Shown here: one piece after another, positions 54,051-64,000 of the stretch
Layout of the letters: every line of letters starts with the position of its first letter
Position numbering within the stretch: position 1 is the stretch's first letter
NCBI RefSeq assembly: GCF_009914755.1
Contig: NC_060925.1
Reading direction: 5' to 3' (one strand)
DNA from: the human T2T-CHM13v2.0 reference genome, Homo sapiens
DNA: 64,000 bases
Position numbers and translations under genes: made by a program
Notes under the pieces: model-generated
What the model was told of the DNA's origin: nothing
The model's database searches: none
Seen by the model: the letters and a program-made list of their open reading frames with translations, nothing else

Positions 54051-55304
54051 TACAGAGCTGAACCCAAGACTCTGGAGCTCTTAATATACTCTCGTATTTT
54101 ACTTTCACTTACCCTCCATAAATGTACTGGCTAAAAAAAAAAAAAAAAAAAAAAGTTCCTTTGACCCTCAATCTTGCTTAAGTCATTAAAGGGTAAAGTA
54201 TAGAGCTATTATCTTAATCTGATGATGTAAAATTCATCTGTTGGTAAATATAAAGGGCTGGTAGTTTTGAAGCAGGTATTTAAAATTATTTACATATTTT
54301 GTTTTGTGCAATCAACAACTCACCAGTACTTGATCATAAAAATGGTACATTCACCAGTACTGGATTATAAAATGCCTAGTTCTAATCCAACTTACACTTT
54401 TGGTCAAAAATGCAAATAAACAAGAGCTTCTTAATTATACTATTTAGCTGTCATCAGCTAGGCTCCATAGAAAGTAAGTTCTGAACAAGATGGAAGAGAA
54501 GCAGGAACTCCATCTGTCTAGACTCCATGGCTCTGATACTCATGCCCTTCCTACTGTCTTCTTTCTTGTCATGCACAAAAAGCTGGTCCTCATTAATTCA
54601 ATAAAGGGCAGTATGGCATAGTGAAAGAGTATGAGCTCTGGAGTCAGAAAGACTGGGGTTCAAGTCTCAGTGCAGCTATTTACTAGCTAAGTAAGCTTAG
54701 CTCAGAGAAGTTAAATAATTGCAGATCATTTAACTTCTCTAAGCTTCTTAGTTACAATGATGGAGAAAATATTGATCTCATAACTTTGTTGAGAAAAATA
54801 ATGAGGTAATATATGCAAAGTGCCTGGCACACAGAATTAATTATAGCTATTGTTATTATAAGTACACTCATCATCAAAACAGAATCTCATGAAGTCAATG
54901 GGCTGAATAAATCACTCTTGGCCGAGAGACTGGTCAGCCTTCCCGTAGCCTATAGGACTATTCAGAGTTTCAAGTTTGAATATGAGGAGGTGATCTGTAA
55001 GTTATTAGTTAGTAGAAAGGAGAAGTTTGCCAAATCCAGGCCAAGCTGAAAAGGAGTTTTCTGAGGATACATTTCCCAGGCACATAAAAGACAGAATCCC
55101 AGATCTCCAAGGGTTTACACTTCAAGGTCTCACTCTTGATGGCTGCCAATTAGATGCTAAATTTAGAGGGGTTCCTTGCCCTCTCCTTACTTTGGCATGG
55201 CAACATTTGGCAGGAACCAGAAGCCTTATGTAACACAGCTGCTTCTTGACTTGGGGCCAATTGGTGAGGTGGCCTGTCAAATCTTGCCAACCCCCAGCAG
55301 GTAG

Positions 55305-55637
<333 letters not shown>

Positions 55638-55871
55638 TGACCACATGTAAAGTTTAAAGGAACAGTGGAGAGGAAAAGAGAAAAAAAGGACATTGCAATT
55701 CAGAAAGGGCCAATGCCAGAAACAAACTGCTCATCAGAAAAAAAAAGTATGTAAATATAATTTAAAAATTTAATTACAGCTGGGTGCAGTGGTTCATGAC
55801 TGTAATCCCAGCACTTTGGGAGGCCGAGGCAGGCGGATCATGAGGTCAGGAGATTGAGATCATTCTGGCTA

Positions 55872-56078
<207 letters not shown>

Positions 56079-58089
56079 TTACAAAAGATACACTCTTTCT
56101 GCTGAAAATTATGTAAAAATACTTAGGATAGTTCTTACTATATCAGAATATGAGACACCTTAGTCTGTTTCTTGAAGTCTTCTCTAGCAACTTGATAACT
56201 TAAAATTCTTTAGATTTCCCTCTTCTAGGCAGCTCTCTAAACCACTTGCACTCAAATGATCAATGTGACACTTTCACCTGGACCCTTTCTTTTTCCTCCA
56301 GAAAATACCTGAATACTTGTCCATTTTTCTTGGCATTAAACTTGTCAGGAAAAAAAAAAGTAGACTCTGGAATTTAAATATGTTCAGAATTATTCATTAA
56401 TAGAAAGGTATGGGACAGACCACAGTGCAGCTTCTGTGTGGCAGCGTTAGGGCCCCAAATAGAGGAAAACCCTGGAATATGCTGAAAGCCCTGGCTAGCC
56501 CAAGAAAGTCTTCCTATTTATAGGATGGTGCTTGTTTCAGTAGGATTGAAAGAGAAACTCTAAAGGGGAGGATAGGATTAAGCTAAAAAGGGTCAAGACA
56601 CTGCCCAATGAGAGCTAAACACAGGATTTGCTGTCAGAGGGTCTTATTGTTCTTTACCAGGCCTCATTTGCAGCCCATCAGACTCGACACCTGGACATCC
56701 CTATTCAACCTCTGATTCTCCCCCAAGCACAGGTTACCACAGACATGCCAAATACAACAGCATCTGACAGAAGAATTCTCTCCCTTCTGTTTCTCATTCA
56801 GCACATAATGCCTGAGCCAGTTTAGATTCGTATTTCATAAAGCCTTAGCCGATTAATTCAGCATGGGGTGGAAAATACCTAGTTCACATTTTGTTACACC
56901 CTGCACCTAGCAATCATTGCACTTCCCACTAACCCAGACACAGCTCTGAATCATCTCCAACACAGGCAGGCATTACCAATAGCTGAGCTGCTATGCAGGG
57001 TAAAATTGGACTGCCATTCTTCAGCTAGGAATTCATTCATGTAATATAAACTAATTGGTTAGAAAAGCTCAAGCACTGACAACAGTGCCATGGGTTCACA
57101 GAAATGACTAAGATTCATTCCCTAATCTCTAGGAGAAAATAACTTAGTGGAGGTACCTCACTTTGTCTGTCTGATTGTAAGATGTAATAAATGCTACCAA
57201 AGTTTAGATGTATGAAATGGGATTACAGCACAAAGAACAATTAGTTATCTCCAAGAGGTAATAGAGAGAGGGGACCAGGGACAGTTTATGGATGTAACAT
57301 AGAGGTGGTTACTAGAGAGATATAGGAGTTTAGATAATGAAGAGGGAATGTGAGAGAGAACCTAGAGGTGAGAACGCAAAAGGAGGTTAGAATATGAAAA
57401 TTCCATGTGCGCAGCATTGTGGTGATGGTGGGGGAGGTGGGTATTTAATATGTGTTCAAATGAACTGAAGCATGGAATAAGAAATGTGGTGAGGGAAACT
57501 AGAGACAGATTATGAGACTGAATTTTATTCTGATGGCAAAGGGAACCCAACAGAATCAAACAAATTGTTGATCCTCTAGGTCTAAAATGTCTCCAAAGTG
57601 GGTAGAAATGATCTGTTTGTCGAACACGGTTTTGAAACCCTTCATACTGCACAGAGCTTCATCTTCAAGCACAGTCATAACTCTATGTCTGCTCTAGCTC
57701 CATATCCACGCTTTATGTATAAAACACAAGAAGACATCCTGCATAGCTATATCATTGTTTTTTTTTTGGAGATGGAGTCTCGCTCTTGCTGCCCGGGCTG
57801 GAGCAGTGCAACGGCGTGATCTCGGCTCACCGCAACCTCTGCCTCCCAGGTTCAAGTCATTCTCTTGCCTAAGCCTCCTGAGTAGCTGGGATTACAGGCA
57901 TGTGCCGCCACGCCCGGCTAATTTTGTATTTTTAGTAGGGATGGGGTTTCTCCATGTTGGTCAGGCTGGTCTCGAACTGACCTCAGGTGATCTGCCCGCC
58001 TCGGCCTCCCAAAGTGCTGGGATTGCAGGCACGAGCCACCGCATCCGGCCAGCTACATCATTCTTTACTTTGCACCCACTAATCCTTAC

Positions 58090-58151
58090 CTGTCGGCTGA
58101 GCCAGCTGCTATTTTGCTTCCATCAGGTGACCAAGAACATCTCAGAAGGTT
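58090..58151 (-). CDS. SNRNP40: SNRNP40 internal exon, 62 nt ([20 protein letters not shown](R))
   Basis: Acceptor TCATAG|AAC, donor CAG|GTAAGG; too short for the ORF track, found by reading the minus strand; frame consistent. Confidence 0.95.
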
Positions 58152-59376
58152 CTATGATAAACAAGAATCCACTGAATAGTAATATACCAAACTCCTCTTT
58201 GCAAGGCTACCGAATCACTAAGAGGCTTTAAATTTCCTAACTAGAGTTTTAATTACTCTTCTCAGGAAGATGGTCTGTAATTATCTTATATTCTATGGCC
58301 CAAAACAGCATACTTTGTTATTTTACACCATATAAAAACTGTAGAAAATACTTAACTTACAGTTAATTAGATTGAACCTGGCAACAAAATTTTGTTCTAC
58401 TTATAAATGGAGGCTCCCTTTGCTCCATTTATCTTGATACTCATTTTTTTTCCTATTTATCTTGAAGAAAAATACACGCAAACCCAACAAATAATAAATT
58501 TTGGGTTTTTTTTTTTTTTGAGACAGGGTCTCGCTCTCTTGTCCAAGCTGGAGTACAGTGGCACAATCATAGCTCACTGTAGTTTTGACCTCCTGGGCCC
58601 AAGTGATCCTCCCACTTCAGCCTCCCAAGCAGCTGAGACTGCAGGCACATGCCACCACACCCAGATTTTTTATCTTTTGTAGAGACAGGGTCTTACTATG
58701 TTGCCCTGGCTGGTCTCTAACTCCTGGCCTCCCACCTTGGCTTCCCAAAGTGCTGGGATTACAGCTGTGAGCCACCATGCCAGGTCTAAAAAACAAAATT
58801 TGATTTATACAGTGAAACTGAATCTCAATGAGCTCTCAAAAAAAAAAATCTCTATTAACAAATTCTCTGAGGGGAAAAGCTTCTTTCAATAGAGCTGACC
58901 TTGAAATTTGAGGCTTTGAAAAAAATTTTCTCTCTCAGAACTTGGGCCGTGGTAGTTACTGAGGGAAGAGATGTATTCTTAGGGTTCTAACACACATGGT
59001 CACGGGATGCGGAGGCAGGTAGGGAGACCATCCAGGTTACAGCTATGGGAGCTTGGGTTCCATATGGAAAACTGATTTAGGAGGGTAAAATTCCCAAGTA
59101 ATTAAAAAGGCCAGGAGTCTCTTGTTGAGGCTGGTGTCAAGTCAGATGTCCTCAGTTTGAGGGCTGGCTCCATTCCTTTTGGGCTATGTGACTGGCTTCT
59201 CCCCAGTCACTATTATTTCTATCCGTTTTATTTTTGGCAACAAGTTTTAATTAAGAGCAGTGTTATTGGAATGAAGTCCATTCTTAGCAGAGCTACTGCT
59301 CTCTATCCTTAGTACCACCTTAAATGTTTCTCTGAAGTAAATGAACAGTAAAACTCCTCTGCCATGCAGAACTCAC

Positions 59377-59459
59377 CTTTTCAAAGTTGTGCACATTTCC
59401 TTGAAATATCTTTACACATCTCTCTTTGGGGGCAAATGGCCGGACATCCCAGACACGAA
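59377..59459 (-). CDS. SNRNP40: SNRNP40 internal exon, 83 nt ((V)RVWDVRPFAPKERCVKIFQGNVHNFEK)
   Basis: Acceptor TTTTGCAG|TT, donor AAG|GTGAGT; frame continues from the previous exon. Confidence 0.96.
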
Positions 59460-60140
59460 CTGCAAAACAAATCCAAATAAACAAACCAACCAAAACAACT
59501 ATCGGCCAGAGGCCTCCTGGGCACCCAGCTGAAATTAGTATCATGTCAATCAATGGCAGATGCTGTTTCCTCGGTGGGCAAAGTCCAACTTGACATACTG
59601 CTACCTGTTAAGGCTCTTTTCTTTTTCAAGCAGGAAAACACATCTAAATCCCAATAACTGGGGCTAGCTGAGGGGGCAGGAAGGAAAAATGTCACACACA
59701 ATGTTGGTAATTTGCAACAGAATGCAGTTGGGTGTGATACTAATTTCAAAAAGATATTTTGCAAGATTTCTCTGCCAGCTTAGTCACATCCAGCAAAGCT
59801 TCAATGTGACAAACTAAATACCAGGAACTACTGTGACAATGAACTTATAAAAGCCAAACTTACATCGCCCTTTCCTAATTTCCCTCATATGGGCACCTGA
59901 TAGTCTAAGACTGGACAAGGTCAGATATATATAAAATATATAAAAGGTCAAATAAATCAAAAAAGCACTGTACCATACCAAAAATCAGAAAAAGTAAACA
60001 ATGATTCTATCTCTGTTACATATTTGGGTGATGTCAGGTAAACAGTGAGATTGTTTGTGTCTTGGTTTTTCTGTTCTGTAAAATGAAGAGAAAATTATCT
60101 GTCTTCTTTTTAAAATAATATTATTGACTGATATGATTGA

Positions 60141-60401
<261 letters not shown>

Positions 60402-61597
60402 TGAGATGATATATGTGCAAAGGTTCTAAAATTTGTAGGCAACAAACAAAAATAAAGAATTTGTAATTGTATTATGCAGCCACAAGAAATTATTCTATTA
60501 TTTTTTCCTTATTTTAGTATCAATCTAGGAAACCTCATTGTTCCTCATAAAGAACGCTAGAATTAGCTAGGCATGGTACTTGGGAGGCTTGCCTGGGCCC
60601 AGGAGTTTGAGACCAGCCTGGGCAACACAGCAAGATCCTGTCTTATCAAAAAAATTAAGGAAAAAATATTTTTTTAATGCTAGATTAAATGTGTATAAAC
60701 ATCTATTGTAAGCAGTAGCTATAGCCGTTGTAACTGAAGCTATACCTATAGTGGAATTTCAGTGATGTCATTTTATTTGAGTATGAAAAAAGTATTATCA
60801 ATCCTTGGAGTCAGACAGGCATAAAAAGGCAAAGCTATGCGTGAAAGTTTGCCATTGAGAATATAGTTAAAAGGTAAAGATGTCCATTAATTCAACAAAT
60901 ATTTATTAAGTACCCAATGAATGTCAGGTATTGTTTTTGTTACAAAATGTCAGGGAATACATTTTAGTTCCTGACAAGCCTATAATTTTGTATACCAGGG
61001 CCATTTCCAAACTCCCTCAACATTAAGCATATAATCCAGCAAGTCACCTTACTTTTTTTCTGTAGTAACCCATCCTCCCACCCTACAACTCAAAAACAAG
61101 TAAAGAGAAAGAGCAAGAGTGTGTTCGTGTAAATCCAGAATGTTTTAATGAAGACCTCTTCCCACACCAATGCTTTCAGAGTGGGGAGGGAAGACAGACT
61201 GGCAGGAAAGAGCAGAAGAGATCATCCAAGCTTGGTGCTCTCTGAAAACGCACAAGAACTGCCTTGAATAGACTTCTAGATTCACATCTTTTTCATTAAA
61301 CTCATCACCTAGAGTTTCTAATATCCTGTTGGATACACAGCATACCAGAGCTGAGATGGGTCTTAAAGGTAAAGTCCAATCTTCTTATCAATGTAGAAAC
61401 TGATGCCTAGAGAGAAGAAATGCTGTGTGCAAAGTTGTTCAGGGACAAGACAGAGATCTGAGACTACAGTCCTAGATTCTTGACTATCTCACCTAAAGCT
61501 TTCCCCATTACAACACATTCTAATCGTCTGATGGAATCTGTGAGCAATCTTTGACTTTTTCCTTGGATCCTGGGAGAGATTTCCTTTCCAAAGTTAC

Positions 61598-61718
61598 CTG
61601 TATTGTCCATTGCATTGGACAAAAGATAAGAGCCTTCAGAACTTAAACTCAGGCCAGTCACTGAATCTGCATGGCCTCTCATGGTGTAGGTTAGCTTGTT
61701 CTGGCGCAGGTCCCAGAC
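61598..61718 (-). CDS. SNRNP40: SNRNP40 internal exon, 121 nt (VWDLRQNKLTYTMRGHADSVTGLSLSSEGSYLLSNAMDNT)
   Basis: WD40 repeat sequence; acceptor TTTTTGCAG|GTC and donor ACAG|GTAACT; phase 0 in, phase 1 out, matching the next exon. Confidence 0.96.
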
Positions 61719-63660
61719 CTGCAAAAACAGAAAGGTGCCCCCAGAAATCAAATTAATAAAAGCAGAGAAAGAGAATGACACAAGAGACAAGAGTCAATTG
61801 CCCAGAGACACTGATATTACTCTACTATAAAACACAGGATTTCTGTCAAAGAGAAAAACACCTTTTTTTAATTTTCATTTTTTTTTTTGAGACAGCGTCT
61901 CACTCTGTTGCCCAGTGCAGTGGCACTATCATGGCTCGCTGTAGCCTTGACTTCCCGGGCTCAGGTGATTCTCCCATCTAAGCCTCCCCAGTAGCTGGGA
62001 CTACAGGAGCATGCTACTATACCCAGCTAATTTTTCTGAAGAGACAGGTTTCACCATGTTGCCCAGGCTAGTCTTGAACTCCCGAGCTCAAGCAATCCTC
62101 CCACCTCATCCTCTCAGTATTTGGATTAACAGGCATGAGCCACTATGCCTGGCCAATCTCTGTCTTTCTAAAAAGGTAGCTCAGGCTACCACGTTTGACT
62201 AGATAAATATAAACGAATGCATATCAAATGTTAAGATAAAGTTTTACACACAAAAAAATAGAATTCAGAAAGGTTATTTTCAAATCATAGCAAAGAAAAA
62301 CTATTATAGAAAAAAACTAAAAATGGCTATGATTCTTAGCCATTAAAAATTATTATAAATACATAAAACGAACATGTCATTTAAAAAAGGCATTATGATT
62401 ACATGTTTGTGTAACAATATGAAAAATACAGATGCTTAAAATTTTTCATTTAATGTAACAATATGTGACAATAAATGTATATATATGTACATGTATGGAT
62501 ATGTACATGCACATACACTATGGAAAAGCACATTTATTAAAATAAAAATAAATTACAGGTTCACTATTGCTTGTATAGGAAACGTAAGATACAGAAAATA
62601 ACCTAAACGTCAAGCAGGAAAAATAGGTGGTTTATTAAATTATGGTTCATAAGCACATTGCAAAACTGAATTCTCATACAGGAGATAGCATGACAGAGTA
62701 GAAAGAGTGGTGACTTAGGGTAAGAATAAACTGTTCCTTGCCACTTAGAGTTATGTGTCATTGGGTCACTAATTCTTTCTGGGCCTGTTTCCTGGTCTGT
62801 AAGATTAGGGATAACAATAGCTACTTCTTACGGCTGTTGTAAGGATTATAAGAATGCTTAGCATATGCCGGGCACAAGACAGGTCCTCAATAATGTGTAG
62901 CTATTGTTAAGCAGTTCCTAAAAATAACTCAGAAGACCAAATGTAAAAATATTTACATAATAAGCTATTAAGCAAAAAAGGAAAATACAAAACAGTATTT
63001 ATCTTTACACAGACTACAGCTATGTAAAATAAATATTTTCAAGCTAACAGAAATAGTCTGGAAAGTCACATGGCAAAAAGAACAGTAATTTTGTTAAGGT
63101 CACTGGTATTACATAAAATACAAATTTTCCCCCAATTTTATTTCATATTGCAATGTAGTTTTTTTCTAAGTGAATAAAACTTTTGCTGTTCCTTAAATCA
63201 AGACACTTTTCCTTATCTAGAAATGAGTTAGGTGTTACACAGCAGAGCAATACATAGGGCAGACAACTCCACTTTCTCCATCAGTAACTCACTCATGTGT
63301 GGAGCCCAACACATTTTCTATACGATCATTTTTTTATATCAAGATGTTTGCTGCTTCAGTAATCAGGAAAGCCTGAAGTATCTGACATTTTGTTCAAGCT
63401 GTTGTTCCTTCTCTTCTGAGAAGGCACTGTTGAAATCTAGCTTTGTAACAACTAGGAGAGAATGCATTTTGCCAACCCCTCACAGAACTTGTGTGTTATT
63501 TCCAAACTTCCCCCTTGAGGCCTGTACACCTTGTTTGTGCAGGGCCAAAAAAGTATCCAGGATTTGCCACAAAAAAAATCTACAGCAGGGGTGGCTCACT
63601 CCTGTAATTCCAGCACTTTGGGAGGCCAAGGTGGTTGGATCACCTGAGGTCAGGAGTTCA

Positions 63661-63858
<198 letters not shown>

Positions 63859-64000
63859 TCAAAAAAAAAAATCTACAGCAGGAATTTAAGCAAAACATTT
63901 TGCAAGTATCCTACTCAGCTGTTCAATGAAAAATCTGGGCATCTGATTAGTGGCAGGTACTGCTGGAGATTAAAAAAAGACATGGCCCTGCTCACAAGGA

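Overview
Primate (human-like) nuclear DNA, about half interspersed repeats, mostly Alu. It contains the 5' end of NKAIN1 on the minus strand: first coding exon MGKCSGRCTLVAFCCLQL at 29709-29762 inside a CpG island, with bases 1-29708 being its first intron. About 20 kb of intergenic sequence follows, then the last five coding exons of SNRNP40 (U5 snRNP 40 kDa WD40 protein, minus strand, 50287-61718). These exons splice together in frame with canonical GT-AG sites. A decayed, processed GTF2A2 (TFIIA-gamma) pseudogene lies inside a SNRNP40 intron. Almost all ORFs in the supplied track are Alu, L1, simple-repeat or GC-rich artefacts. I see no novel protein-coding system. The observations most worth following up are: (1) a strong-Kozak uORF in the NKAIN1 leader, in frame with the main ORF and separated from it by a single UAG; (2) a non-Alu inverted duplication of ~270 bp in NKAIN1 intron 1, crossed by a second short inverted repeat; (3) candidate neuronal enhancers with RFX X-boxes and a phased homeodomain-site array; (4) several templated-insertion or template-switch scars. 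Gene and repeat names come from recognising the sequence, not from database searches. Identity figures are hand alignments.
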